Source of the DNA: an uncultured Eubacteriales bacterium
GTDB lineage: Bacteria > Bacillota > Clostridia > Oscillospirales > Oscillospiraceae
DNA length: 64,000 bases
NCBI GenBank assembly: GCA_900545515.1
Contig: UQZA01000002.1
Coordinates: 31,345-95,344 of the forward strand
Reading direction: 5' to 3'
In this document: positions 38,183 through 47,941 of the stretch, in pieces
How positions within the stretch are numbered: the stretch's first letter is position 1
How the letters are laid out: every line of letters starts with the position of its first letter
Notes under the pieces: model-generated
What the model was told of the DNA's origin: nothing
The model's database searches: none
What the model saw: the letters and a program-made list of their open reading frames with translations, nothing else
Made by a program: the position numbers and the translations under genes

Positions 38183-38898
38183 TACTGCCCACGATGCCGG
38201 TTTACAATCCGGCTCTCCGTCTCTCCAGTCTCCAGGTTGACAAAGGCCGTATACAGAGAAACCTTGTTATCCTCGTTCAGGCTCTCCCAGATGGCCTGGG
38301 TGAACTGGTCCAGGGTCCCTGTAATGGCCACTGGCCGTGGTTCACCGCAGAAGGAGGGCAAGGGAGCGCCGTCAGATTCATAGGTGTGGATCAGGTGCCC
38401 CATTCCCGCCTTGGGGGCGTCAAAGGTGAAGTAATTTCGGACGCAGCAGCTGGGGTCGCCTTGCAGGGACTTCAGAATGCTGAGAACATAGGAACCGCAG
38501 GGAAACAGAATGCCCGAAATCCTGGGTGTGTAATTGGGGCCGTCGGGCTCAAACTCCCGGGTATTGAGGGCCTCCACATAGCTCTCCCCCTCCAGCATAA
38601 AGTCCCGGAGGGTATCGGTTTGGTCGCCATTGGTCACAATGGTGGTGATGCCATCCTCATCGGCAATTCGGCGGACCGGATGATAGATGATGAGGGAAGG
38701 GTCTGTCATTTTGGCCGGGTCAAAGGCCTGGGTCCGGATGCCGTCTTCGGTCTCCACAAAGATTCGGTTCCGGCTGTTTTCGCTGCGTCCCATAATAAAG
38801 TAAGCGATGACGGCGGACTTTCCGTCTTCGCTCCGGCCCAGAAGAACGCCGCGGCCGGGATATGCATTGCCCTTTAGGAGGGCGGACAGATCATACAT
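38182..38898 (-). CDS. purO: IMP cyclohydrolase, archaeal PurO-like type
   Basis: YPGRGVLLGRSEDGKSAVIAYFIMGRSENSRNR...DPSLIIYHP...TNGDQTDT...NYTPRISG matches the PurO pattern. It complements the AICARFT-only PurH. Confidence 0.75.
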   Translation of the reverse strand: MYDLSALLKGNAYPGRGVLLGRSEDGKSAVIAYFIMGRSENSRNRIFVETEDGIRTQAFDPAKMTDPSLIIYHPVRRIADEDGITTIVTNGDQTDTLRDFMLEGESYVEALNTREFEPDGPNYTPRISGILFPCGSYVLSILKSLQGDPSCCVRNYFTFDAPKAGMGHLIHTYESDGAPLPSFCGEPRPVAITGTLDQFTQAIWESLNEDNKVSLYTAFVNLETGETESRIVNRHRGQ

Positions 38899-38919
38899 GA
38901 TAGACCTCCTGATATTGAA

Positions 38920-39537
38920 TTATCTTGTGTTGGATGGGGAAGTGGCAATCTGCCGGGCCACCAGTTCAGCTGCCTGGGGCAGGAGAATCCACTCTGCCTG
39001 TTCCATAACCCGGCGCTGCAGGGTTTCCGGCGTGTCCTCCGGCAGGACCTCCACAGCCTTTTGCAAAAGAATTGGGCCGCCGTCGGGAATCTCATTGACA
39101 AAATGAACCGTCGCGCCGGTTACCTTCACGCCCCTGGAAAGCGCTGCCTCATGGACGTGGAGGCCATAAAATCCCTCTCCGCAGAAAGCGGGAATCAGGC
39201 TGGGATGGATATTCAAAATGCGATTGGGCCACTTTTTTGTGAAGTTTTCTGACAGAATACTCATAAATCCCGCCAGAATGATCATGTCGATGCCGTCCAG
39301 CTCCAGAATCCCCTGGAGCCTGTGTTCGAAGGCAGCTTGAGAGCCGCACTCCTTCTTGGACACCACGGCTGCGGGAACACCAGCACCCTTGGCCCGCTCT
39401 AGGGCATAGGCCCCAGCATGGTTGGACACCACCAGGGCAATCTCGCCGTGGGGGATGCGACCGGCGGTCTGTGCATCCAGAAGGGCCTGGAGATTGGTGC
39501 CGCCGCCGGAGACTAAAACCGCAATTCTCGTCTTCAT
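38920..39537 (-). CDS. purN: Phosphoribosylglycinamide formyltransferase
   Basis: [15 protein letters not shown] and [10 protein letters not shown]. Confidence 0.9.
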   Translation of the reverse strand: MKTRIAVLVSGGGTNLQALLDAQTAGRIPHGEIALVVSNHAGAYALERAKGAGVPAAVVSKKECGSQAAFEHRLQGILELDGIDMIILAGFMSILSENFTKKWPNRILNIHPSLIPAFCGEGFYGLHVHEAALSRGVKVTGATVHFVNEIPDGGPILLQKAVEVLPEDTPETLQRRVMEQAEWILLPQAAELVARQIATSPSNTR

Positions 39538-40577
39538 TCCAAAATCACCTTGTCCTGTGAGGCCACGATCTCGCCAATGAGGTAGGCATCCTCGCCATTT
39601 GCCTGAAGGACAGACAGGGCGGTCTCCGCGTCCTCCTTAGCCACAACCACGCTCATCCCAACGCCCATGTTGAAGGTGTTGAACATATCCCGCTCCGGGA
39701 TATGTCCGGTTTTGGCAATGAGGTCAAAAATAGGAAGAATCCGAATGGCGCTCTTCTGGATTTTGGCGCCCAGGCCATCGGGGATTGCCCGGGGGATATT
39801 TTCATAGAAGCCACCACCGGTGATGTGGCTCACGCCCTTCACCCGGACCTGGTCAAACAGGGCCAGCATGGGCTTCACATAAATTTTCGTGGGGGTCAGC
39901 AGAGTCTCGCCAATGGAAGCGCCGCCCAAGGCCTCGCAGGGAGACTGGATGTTGGTGTGCTCTACATCAAATACCTTCCGCACTAAGCTAAAGCCGTTGG
40001 AGTGGACGCCAGAGGAGGGCAGGGCGATGACCACATCTCCAGGTACCATGGCGCTATGGTCCACAATCTTCTTCTTGTCCACAATGCCCACGGAGAACCC
40101 AGCCAGATCATATTCGTCTACGGGATAAAAGCCGGGCATTTCTGCAGTCTCGCCGCCAATGAGAGCAGAACCTGCCTGGACGCAGCCCTCTGCCACGCCG
40201 GACACCAGTTCGGCAATCCGCTCCGGCACGTTTTTACCACAGGCGATGTAATCCAGGAAGAACAGCGGCTTGGCCCCGCAGCAGATCACATCGTTGACAC
40301 ACATGGCCACGCAGTCGATGCCCACCGTGTCGTGCTTGTCCAAAAGGAAGGCCAAGCGGAGCTTGGTGCCCACGCCGTCGGTGCCGGAGACCAGCACCGG
40401 CTCCTCATAGCCCTTCAGGTTCAATCCGAAGAGGCCGCCGAAGCCGCCGATATCATCCAGGCAGCCCTCGTTTTTTGTCCGGGCGATGTGAGATTTCATC
40501 AGTTCCACGGCCCGGTATCCGGCAGTGATGTCCACACCGGCTGCCTTATAGCTTTCGGAATAGCTTTTTTCGTTCAT
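39534..40577 (-). CDS. purM: Phosphoribosylformylglycinamidine cyclo-ligase (AIR synthetase)
   Basis: 347 aa with GGFGGLF and [11 protein letters not shown]. Confidence 0.95.
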   Translation of the reverse strand: MNEKSYSESYKAAGVDITAGYRAVELMKSHIARTKNEGCLDDIGGFGGLFGLNLKGYEEPVLVSGTDGVGTKLRLAFLLDKHDTVGIDCVAMCVNDVICCGAKPLFFLDYIACGKNVPERIAELVSGVAEGCVQAGSALIGGETAEMPGFYPVDEYDLAGFSVGIVDKKKIVDHSAMVPGDVVIALPSSGVHSNGFSLVRKVFDVEHTNIQSPCEALGGASIGETLLTPTKIYVKPMLALFDQVRVKGVSHITGGGFYENIPRAIPDGLGAKIQKSAIRILPIFDLIAKTGHIPERDMFNTFNMGVGMSVVVAKEDAETALSVLQANGEDAYLIGEIVASQDKVILE

Positions 40578-42007
40578 GCCTTTGGCTCCTTTTCAGAGAG
40601 TTTCCGCTCGAAGCGGAGTTTTCTGGTATTTTCCGGGACCTGGGTGGGGTAGCAGCCACTGAAGCAAGCAGTGCAGAACCCGCCGCCGTGCTCTGCCAGC
40701 TTCTGCACATTTTCCACGCTGAGATACCCCAGGGAGTCAGCTCCGATGATCTGGCAGACCTCTTCCTGGGAGTGGTGGACCGCAATGAGGGAGTCCCGGG
40801 AGTCAATGTCCGTGCCATAGTAGCAGGGATTCAGGAAAGGAGGGGCGGAGATCCGCATATGGACTTCCGTCGCACCGGCCTCCCGCAGCAGCTTGACAAT
40901 GCGGGCAGCTGTGGTACCCCGCACGATGGAATCGTCAATGAGAACCACCCGCTTCCCCTTCACTGTGGCGGAAATGGGATTCAGCTTGATCCGGACCTTG
41001 TTCTCCCGATTTTTCTGGCCCGGGGCGATGAAGGTCCGGCCGATGTACTTGTTTTTGATCATGCCCACGCCATAGGGAATGCCGGAGGCCTGGGCAAAAC
41101 CGATGGCGGCGTCAATGCCGGAATCCGGCACGCCCACCACCACATCCGCCTCCACCGGATGCTCCAGGGCCAGGAACATCCCCGCCCGTCGGCGGGCATT
41201 GTGCACCGAGCTGCCGTCCATTACGGAGTCGGGCCGGGCAAAGTAGATGTACTCAAAAACGCACATGGTTCTGGCCGCCTGGCCGCAATGGGTGCGGATG
41301 GAGCGGACGATCTCTCCATCAAAGACTACAATCTCCCCAGGTTCTACGTCCCGGATGAAGGAAGCGCCTGCTGCATCCAGGGCGCAGCTCTCTGAGGCGA
41401 CGATATAGGCCCCGTCGGCGGTTTGTCCATAGCACAGGGGCCGAAAACCTCTGGGGTCCCGGACCGCCATCAATTTGGTGGCGGACATGACCACCAGGGA
41501 GTAAGCACCCTGGAGCTTGTCCATAGCCCGGTCCACCGCCTCTTCAATGGAGGGGGCGGAAAGGCGCTCTTTGGTGATCACATAGGAGATGACCTCGGTG
41601 TCGGAGGTGGTGTGAAAAATGGAGCCGGTGAGCTCCAGCTCTTCCCGAAGGGCGAAGGAATTCACCAGGTTCCCGTTATGGGCCAGGGCCAGGGAGCCTT
41701 TACAGTGGTTTACCACAATGGGCTGGGCGTTGTTTCGGTCTGTGGCGCCGGTGGTGCCATAGCGCACATGGCCTACTGCCATGTGCCCCTGGCCCAACCG
41801 GGTCAGGGTTTCTGGGGTAAATACCTCCTCCACCAGGCCGATGTCCTTGTGAGCGGCAATGACGCCGTCGTTGCACACGGCAATGCCACAGCTCTCCTGC
41901 CCCCGGTGTTGCAGAGCAAAGAGACCATAGTAGGCAGTGGTTGCCACCTCCCGGTTGTCCTTGGCGTAAATGCCAAAGACGCCGCATTCCTCTCTCAGTT
42001 TTTGCAT
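40574..42007 (-). CDS. purF: Amidophosphoribosyltransferase
   Basis: N-terminal nucleophile MCGVFGI (the ORF reads [14 protein letters not shown]), a PRTase motif, and the Fe-S Cys cluster. Confidence 0.95.
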   Translation of the reverse strand: MQKLREECGVFGIYAKDNREVATTAYYGLFALQHRGQESCGIAVCNDGVIAAHKDIGLVEEVFTPETLTRLGQGHMAVGHVRYGTTGATDRNNAQPIVVNHCKGSLALAHNGNLVNSFALREELELTGSIFHTTSDTEVISYVITKERLSAPSIEEAVDRAMDKLQGAYSLVVMSATKLMAVRDPRGFRPLCYGQTADGAYIVASESCALDAAGASFIRDVEPGEIVVFDGEIVRSIRTHCGQAARTMCVFEYIYFARPDSVMDGSSVHNARRRAGMFLALEHPVEADVVVGVPDSGIDAAIGFAQASGIPYGVGMIKNKYIGRTFIAPGQKNRENKVRIKLNPISATVKGKRVVLIDDSIVRGTTAARIVKLLREAGATEVHMRISAPPFLNPCYYGTDIDSRDSLIAVHHSQEEVCQIIGADSLGYLSVENVQKLAEHGGGFCTACFSGCYPTQVPENTRKLRFERKLSEKEPKA

Positions 42008-42046
42008 GAGTTGGGTATCCTCCTTTGTGTGGGAACCTGATGGGCC

Positions 42047-43468
42047 TTATTCCTGCCCGGTCCAGCAATAGGTGCAGACCTTTTCCCGGTCCAGGCCAAT
42101 GGCCTCCAGCAGCCCGTCCAGGGACTGGTAGCCCAGGGAGTGGAAGCCCATCTCTTCACAGATGGATTTCAGGAGGCACTGGCCCCGCTCTGTCCGGCCG
42201 TCAGCGTATTCCTCCAGGTGCTGCTGCCCTTCATCGCCCTCCAGCTTCTGGACCATCCGACGGGCCAAAAGCTCCATGTCGGAGTTACTGGAGGAAAAGT
42301 TCAGGTATTTGCAGCCGTACATAATGGGCGGGCAGGCGGACCGCATATGCACCTCTTTGGCGCCGCTCTCGTATAAAAACTCCACGGTTTCCCGCAGCTG
42401 AGTCCCACGGACAATGGAATCGTCCACAAACAGCAGCTTCTTGTCCTGGATCAGCTCCGGTACGGGAATCTGTTTCATTTTGGCTACCTGGTTCCGGACC
42501 TCCTGATTGGAGGGCATGAAGGACCGGGGCCAGGTGGGGGTGTATTTCACAAAGGGCCGGGCAAAGGGCTTCTGGCACTGGTTGGAGTAACCAATGGCAT
42601 GAGGTAGGCCAGAATCCGGTACACCGGCAATATAGTCTACCTCTGGCAGAGTCCCCCGCTCCATTTCATCCCGGGCCATAATCTGGCCGTTGCGGTAACG
42701 CATGACCTCTACGTTTTTCCCCTCGTAGTTGGAGTTGGGATAGCCGTAGTAGGTCCACAGGAAGGCGCAGATTTTCATTTTTTCCCCGGGAGCTAACAGC
42801 TGCTGGATCCCATCCGGCGTCACCCGGACAATCTCTCCGGGGCCCAGCTCATAGTGGTCGGCATAGCCCAGCTTGTGATAGGCAAAGGACTCGAAGGATA
42901 CGCAACAGCCCTCCTCATTTTTGCCTACCAGGATGGGCAGACGGCCCATCCTGTCCCGGGCGGCCAGGATGCCGTCTGGCAGCAGGAGCAGAATGGTGGC
43001 TGAGCCGTCAATCAGCTCCTGGGCGTGGCAAATGCCCTCTACCAGAGTTTCCTTTTGACTGATGAGCGCTGCCACCAGCTCCGTCTGGTTTACCTTGCCA
43101 TTGCTCATGGCCATGAACTGATGGCCGTGATCGGAGAAGCAGGTGTCTACCAGAGCCTCGGCATTGTTGATGATTCCCACAAAGGCAATGGCGTACAGGC
43201 CAAGGTGGGACCGGACCAGCAGGGGCTGGGGGTCTGTGTCGCTGATGCAGCCAATGCCGCTGCAACCCTGGAAGGAGGCCATATCCTTCTCAAATTTGGT
43301 GCGGAAGGGGGTGTTTTCAATGTTGTGAATCTGCCGCTGAAACCCCCGGTTTTGGTCATAGATCACCATACCGCCCCGGCGGGTGCCCAGGTGAGAGTGA
43401 TAGTCGGCGCCAAAGAAAATATCGAGCACGCAGTCCCGCCGGGAGACTGCTCCAAAAAATCCTCCCAA
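42047..43468 (-). CDS. PurF-like paralog (class II amidotransferase + PRTase) lacking the N-terminal nucleophile cysteine
   Basis: 473 aa. The N-terminus MGGFFGAV aligns to PurF MCGIFG with Cys1 replaced by Gly. A PRTase loop [12 protein letters not shown] is present. Confidence 0.7.
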   Translation of the reverse strand: MGGFFGAVSRRDCVLDIFFGADYHSHLGTRRGGMVIYDQNRGFQRQIHNIENTPFRTKFEKDMASFQGCSGIGCISDTDPQPLLVRSHLGLYAIAFVGIINNAEALVDTCFSDHGHQFMAMSNGKVNQTELVAALISQKETLVEGICHAQELIDGSATILLLLPDGILAARDRMGRLPILVGKNEEGCCVSFESFAYHKLGYADHYELGPGEIVRVTPDGIQQLLAPGEKMKICAFLWTYYGYPNSNYEGKNVEVMRYRNGQIMARDEMERGTLPEVDYIAGVPDSGLPHAIGYSNQCQKPFARPFVKYTPTWPRSFMPSNQEVRNQVAKMKQIPVPELIQDKKLLFVDDSIVRGTQLRETVEFLYESGAKEVHMRSACPPIMYGCKYLNFSSSNSDMELLARRMVQKLEGDEGQQHLEEYADGRTERGQCLLKSICEEMGFHSLGYQSLDGLLEAIGLDREKVCTYCWTGQE

Positions 43469-43480
43469 ATTGGTCCTCCC

Positions 43481-44191
43481 TTACTCGCCCATGAGACGGC
43501 GCATGACCTCCTGATAGGCCTCTTCTACGCCGCCCAGATCCCGGCGGAAGCGGTCCTTATCCAGCTTCTCGTGGGTCTTGCAATCCCAGAGACGGCAGGT
43601 GTCGGGGGAAATTTCGTCGGCCAAAACAATAGTACCGTCAGACAGACGGCCGAACTCCAGCTTGAAGTCCACCAGCTCAATGCCCAGGCCCAGGAAATAG
43701 GCCTTCAGCACGTCGTCTACCTGAAATGCCAGGGCTTTGATGGTCTCAATCTCTTCCTTTGTGGCCAGCTTCAGAGCCAAGGCGTGGTAGCTGTTGATCA
43801 GGGGATCGCCCAGGTCGTCATTCTTATAGGAGAACTCAATGGTTGGCTCATCAAACACGATACCCTCAGCCACCCCGTAGCGTTTGGAGAAGGAGCCGGC
43901 GGAGATGTTCCGAATGATGACTTCCAGGGGGACAATGGTCACCTTTTTTACCACAGTCTCCCGGTCGTTCAGCTCCTCCACCAGGTGAGTGGGAACGCCG
44001 TGCTTTTCCAGCATACCCATGAGGAAGTTGCTCATGCGGTTGTTGATGGCGCCCTTGCCGGAAATGGTTCCCTTTTTGAGACCATTGAAGGCAGTGGCGT
44101 CGTCTTTATAGGATACGATGAGCTTTTCGGGATCTTCTGTGGCATAGACCTTCTTAGCCTTGCCTTCGTAGAGTTGCTCTTTCTTTTCCAT
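43481..44191 (-). CDS. purC: SAICAR synthetase
   Basis: [10 protein letters not shown]...[12 protein letters not shown]. Confidence 0.95.
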   Translation of the reverse strand: MEKKEQLYEGKAKKVYATEDPEKLIVSYKDDATAFNGLKKGTISGKGAINNRMSNFLMGMLEKHGVPTHLVEELNDRETVVKKVTIVPLEVIIRNISAGSFSKRYGVAEGIVFDEPTIEFSYKNDDLGDPLINSYHALALKLATKEEIETIKALAFQVDDVLKAYFLGLGIELVDFKLEFGRLSDGTIVLADEISPDTCRLWDCKTHEKLDKDRFRRDLGGVEEAYQEVMRRLMGE

Positions 44192-44206
44192 TTGTGTAAA
44201 TCCTCC

Positions 44207-44701
44207 TTACAGGTTAAATTCGTTTTCCACGGCCTGGTTCTTTTCCAGGACCTTTTCCCGGTCCGAGGCCCGCCGGGCTGCCAGCTTGTCCGCGAGGGTG
44301 GGCTCTTCCACGGCCAGAATCTGGACCGCCAAAATGGCGGCGTTGGCTGCGCCATTGACGGCTACCGTAGCCACCGGAATCCCTGAGGGCATCTGGACCG
44401 TGGACAGCAGGGCGTCCATCCCCCCCAGCCCGCCGGATGCCATGGGGATCCCAATCACCGGCAGGGTGGTGTTGGCCGCCGCAGCTCCAGCCAGGTGGGC
44501 GGCCATACCGGCGGCGCAAATGAGTACACCGAACCCTTGGTCCCGGGCGGAAGAGCAAAATGCCTGAGCCTGGGTTGGAGTCCGGTGTGCAGAATATACG
44601 TGTACCTCATAGGGTACGCCAAAGGCGCGCAGGGTGTCCAGCGCCTTCCGAACGACGGGCAGGTCGCTGTCGCTGCCCATGAGAACGCCAACTTTTTTCA
44701 T
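44207..44701 (-). CDS. purE: N5-carboxyaminoimidazole ribonucleotide mutase
   Basis: GSDSDLPV...[19 protein letters not shown]. Confidence 0.95.
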   Translation of the reverse strand: MKKVGVLMGSDSDLPVVRKALDTLRAFGVPYEVHVYSAHRTPTQAQAFCSSARDQGFGVLICAAGMAAHLAGAAAANTTLPVIGIPMASGGLGGMDALLSTVQMPSGIPVATVAVNGAANAAILAVQILAVEEPTLADKLAARRASDREKVLEKNQAVENEFNL

Positions 44702-44715
44702 AGGAGACCTCCTTG

Positions 44716-44835
44716 CAAAATGAAAAAGGGCACACTTACCGCCTGCAGTAAGTGTGCCCAGACGGCCGGCAAGAAATCCAGACGCCCTGCTCCCCCGTGG
44801 TGCTCCACTTCTTCCGTCAGTTACAGGGCGTCAGC
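44716..44835 (-). ncRNA. ZTP riboswitch (pfl motif) with intrinsic terminator as expression platform, leader of the pur operon
   Basis: Minus-strand read: CUGUAACUGACGGAAG...GUGGAGCACCACGGGGGAGC...CCGGCCGUCUGGGCA. Consensus is GACUGGCG...GUGGGAAACCACCGGGGAGC...CCGGCCGCCUGGGCA. It is followed by the 12-bp hairpin GGGCACACUUAC-UGCAGGCG-GUAAGUGUGCCC, then UUUUU, then AAGGAGG and ATG(purE). Confidence 0.75.
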
Positions 44836-44850
44836 TATTTTGACACATCC

Positions 44851-44879
44851 AGTGTATCATATTCCGGCCTGGCCGTCAA
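44851..44879 (-). promoter_or_regulatory. Candidate pur operon promoter (-35 TTGACG, 17 nt, -10 TACACT on the minus strand)
   Basis: TTGACGGCCAGGCCGGAATATGATACACT lies about 20 nt upstream of the riboswitch. Confidence 0.35.
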
Positions 44880-45374
44880 ATGGAAAGTGTTCCGAATTGA
44901 AGGGAATTATTCCAGCCGTTCCTGTCAATTATGTAAAAAATCGAACTTAACATATGGAGTTTCGCTTTGACTCCGGAGTATGGGCTCCAGGGCGATGGAT
45001 GTCTGGGTGCGTTTTTCTGAACACCTTCCAAAACAATCCGTGCCTGCCAGGGGGCGCGTCCAGGAGGCCGCCCTCTACCATCGGAATGGTACCTGACTGC
45101 CCGGACAGTTCTAAAAAAATATATGCTTTTTGGAGTTACATTGTAGTTATACCCATCAGCGCCATACTGGCGCCCATGAAAATACGCAATGTTTGCCTGG
45201 ACATAGATTTCGCCCTCATTCCGTGCTGGTAGGATTTTTCTTTGTTCGCTGTAATTGGCAGGCTATTTTAGCAGGCTCGAGTTCATTTCTCCCTAAAAAA
45301 GCCCTCCCAGGGACACATCACACGTTGCCGTGGAGAGGTGCGGGAGGTCCAGTATATGGAGATCTGTGGAAAGG

Positions 45375-45815
45375 TTAATTCTCCTCCAAAGCCATGACCT
45401 TGTCCACCCGGCGGGCGTGGCGGCCACCTTCGAAGGGGGTGGTGAGGAAGAGGTCCACCATCTCCAGGGCCAGCTTTTCCCCGACAACACCGGCGCCTAG
45501 GGCCATCATGTTGGCGTCGTTGTGCTGCCGGGTGAGCCGGGCGCTCATAAGGTCAGACAGCAGAGCGCAGCGGATGCCTTTAACTTTGTTGGCAGTGATG
45601 GACACCCCAATGCCGGTGGTGCAGATCACGATGCCCCGCTCACATTGCCCCTTGGCCACAGCCTGGGCCGCTGGCGCGGCAAAATCGGAATAGTCGCAGC
45701 TGTCCCGGGTGTGGGTACCAAAGTCCTCGACCTGATGCCCCAGCGCCTCCAGGTGTTGTTTGACTGCCAGCTTTAGGGACAGTCCCCCATGATCGCATGC
45801 CAGGGAAATTTTCAT
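45375..45815 (-). CDS. rpiB: Ribose-5-phosphate isomerase B
   Basis: MKISLACDHGG...GIVICTTGIGVSITANK. It is the C-terminal 146 aa of the 295-aa track ORF. Confidence 0.9.
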   Translation of the reverse strand: MKISLACDHGGLSLKLAVKQHLEALGHQVEDFGTHTRDSCDYSDFAAPAAQAVAKGQCERGIVICTTGIGVSITANKVKGIRCALLSDLMSARLTRQHNDANMMALGAGVVGEKLALEMVDLFLTTPFEGGRHARRVDKVMALEEN

Positions 45816-45838
45816 TGCTTGATCCTCCTGTGTGTGAT

Positions 45839-46540
45839 TCATGTAATGACGAACCCGCCGTTCACCGGCAGAATTTGTCCTGTGATAAATTCTGCGCCGG
45901 CCAGGTACACCATGGCCTTTGCCACGTCCTCCGGCCTCCCGTTGCGCTCCAATGGGGTTTCCTCTCGCAGAGCTTCCAGCACCGCCGGGTCCACGTGGGC
46001 GACCATATCGGTGAGGATGACGCCGGGAGCGACAGCATTGACCCGGATGCCGGAGGGCCCCAGCTCCTTGGCCAGAGCCTTTGTCAGGGCCAGGATGGCC
46101 CCTTTGGAGGCGGAGTAGGCCGCTTCGCAGGAAGCGCCCACCTGCCCCCACATGCTGGATACGTTGATGATGGCGCCCCGGTGCTTCTGCAGAAACAGGG
46201 GGATGGCAGCCTGAGTGCAAAGATAGGTGCCCCGGACATTGACGGCAAAGATCCTGTCCCACACCGCCTCAGGAGTCTGGGACAGGAGGCCATAGTGGCA
46301 GATTCCAGCGTTGTTGACGAGAACATCCAGCTCCCGCAGCCCGGCAAAGGCTGCCGCCACGGCGGCATGGTCGGAGATGTCGGCGCAAATGGCAGTTGCG
46401 CCGGTTTCCTTTGCCACAGCTTGGGCGGCTTCGTGGTTCTTTTCGTATAAAAATGTCACCTGGTCGCCCCGGGCGGCAAAGGCGCGGACTGCCGCTGCGC
46501 CGATTCCCCGGGAGCCGCCGGTGATTAAAACCGACGCCAT
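45839..46540 (-). CDS. SDR-family oxidoreductase (FabG-like)
   Basis: TGGSRGIG...NNAG...YSASK. Confidence 0.85.
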   Translation of the reverse strand: MASVLITGGSRGIGAAAVRAFAARGDQVTFLYEKNHEAAQAVAKETGATAICADISDHAAVAAAFAGLRELDVLVNNAGICHYGLLSQTPEAVWDRIFAVNVRGTYLCTQAAIPLFLQKHRGAIINVSSMWGQVGASCEAAYSASKGAILALTKALAKELGPSGIRVNAVAPGVILTDMVAHVDPAVLEALREETPLERNGRPEDVAKAMVYLAGAEFITGQILPVNGGFVIT

Positions 46541-46663
46541 ACTGGCTGCCTCCTTAAAAGCAAGGCTGTCTCAAAACAAAGTTTTGGGACAGCCCCACAT
46601 CATTTCAGCTTGTGACGGTTTGATTTCACTTCAGGCGAGCCTGGGTGCATCAGAATTGGGTGA

Positions 46664-47122
46664 TTACCGCCGGCGGCTCTTGGTGCGGTGGTCTGTGTAC
46701 TGCCGCAAGGAGGAAATCTTGCTGTCAGATTCAGACATAAACTGCTTCAGCCGCTCCTCAAAAATTTGGTCTGAGGATTTGGCGACGGTGGCTTGGGTGG
46801 GCGTAGGTGCGTTGGAGCGGGGGCCGCCCTGCCGGGGGGCTTTGGGGCGGTCGTTGCCGCCTCTTTGCCGGTTTGGGGCAGCGGGCTTGGGCTCCAGGCG
46901 CTTCATGGACAGATTGATTTTCCCTGCCGGGTCCAGGGCAATGACCATGACCTTCACATCCTGCCCCTCCGTCAGGTACTGGCGGATGTCGTTGACATAG
47001 GCATTGGCCACCTCTGAAATATGTACCATGCCCGTCCGGTTCTCCGGCAAGGCGATGAACGCGCCGAAGTTGGTGATGCTTTTGACCTTACCTTCGATAA
47101 TGGCTCCAACTGTCAAATCCAT
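46664..47122 (-). CDS. yabR: S1 RNA-binding domain protein (YabR-like)
   Basis: GAIIEGKVKSITNFGAFIAL...GMVHISEV (S1 domain) plus a basic tail. Confidence 0.8.
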   Translation of the reverse strand: MDLTVGAIIEGKVKSITNFGAFIALPENRTGMVHISEVANAYVNDIRQYLTEGQDVKVMVIALDPAGKINLSMKRLEPKPAAPNRQRGGNDRPKAPRQGGPRSNAPTPTQATVAKSSDQIFEERLKQFMSESDSKISSLRQYTDHRTKSRRR

Positions 47123-47187
47123 ACTGTGAAATTCGTCCTCCTCAGAAAATACAGACGCTGCTTCCTACGGGTCCGGCAGCTTGCCGG

Positions 47188-47478
47188 TTACTCCCCCACG
47201 TCGGAAAAGATAATTTCCCCATTTCCCACCAGGCCCAGCTTATCCCGGGCGATTTTCTTCACGCTGTCGTCGGAATCCAGACCGTCGATGCCGGTCTGGA
47301 GATTTTGGTTTTCCTGCTGCAGCTCGGCGGCCTGACCGGCTAACTCCTGGCACTGGGCCTGGTTGCTCCGAATCTGACTCCGCTGAGACACCAGGATAAC
47401 AGTAGCGGACACCACCACCAGCAGAACCACCACCTTCGTCAGCAAAGAGGATCTGCGGAATTTCACGGGTAATCTCAT
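47188..47478 (-). CDS. divIC: Septum formation initiator (DivIC/FtsB family)
   Basis: Start MRLPVKF after GGAGGG. TM, coiled coil, then KKIARDKLGLVGNGEIIF. Confidence 0.75.
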   Translation of the reverse strand: MRLPVKFRRSSLLTKVVVLLVVVSATVILVSQRSQIRSNQAQCQELAGQAAELQQENQNLQTGIDGLDSDDSVKKIARDKLGLVGNGEIIFSDVGE

Positions 47479-47941
47479 GTTGTTTCCCTCCAGAGTGGGC
47501 GCCGTGCGCTTTTTTACGGCGTCTATTACCGAATATTGTAACCCATTTGCGCCCAATTGAAAAGAGAAATTTTAAGAATTTTTTGATTTTTTTCCACAGA
47601 GTTCGGACTGGCCATGCAAGCAGCCGGAAGATCCGGCCTACGGTCTGCCAGAAGCAGCGGAAGACCCGCCGGAACCATGCAGAAAGAGCCGCTCCATATG
47701 CGCCAGCCCCAGCAGCCAGCCCCAGCAGCTGAAAGAGCTGCAGGCGGCCATGGCACAAGGCCAGCCCCAAGTACGCCAGGACGAAGACGGCGAGCGCCAG
47801 AAATGCCAGGTCTGCCGGGATGGTGGCCTGGGGAAGCAGCCGCCGCAGCTCCCGCAAGCAGTCGTAGACCAAGGCCAACCCGGCCCCCAGTCCCATGGCC
47901 CAGAGAAACCAATGGGCCTGCTCTGCCACAGCCGGGGCCAT
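47240..47941 (-). CDS. yabQ: Sporulation protein YabQ-like membrane protein; the ORF as read overlaps divIC by ~240 nt
   Basis: The N-terminal ~130 aa is multi-TM and YabQ-like (FLWAMGLGAGLALVYDCL...). The frame stays open through low-complexity sequence to 47240. Confidence 0.45.
   Translation of the reverse strand: MAPAVAEQAHWFLWAMGLGAGLALVYDCLRELRRLLPQATIPADLAFLALAVFVLAYLGLALCHGRLQLFQLLGLAAGAGAYGAALSAWFRRVFRCFWQTVGRIFRLLAWPVRTLWKKIKKFLKFLFSIGRKWVTIFGNRRRKKAHGAHSGGKQHEITREIPQILFADEGGGSAGGGVRYCYPGVSAESDSEQPGPVPGVSRSGRRAAAGKPKSPDRHRRSGFRRQREENRPG

Noticed and set aside
44716-44900. Guanine/purine riboswitch upstream of purE
   Set aside because: The leader lacks the UAUA…GGAUAUGGC…ACCGUAAAU purine-aptamer pattern. 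It matches the ZTP/pfl consensus instead.
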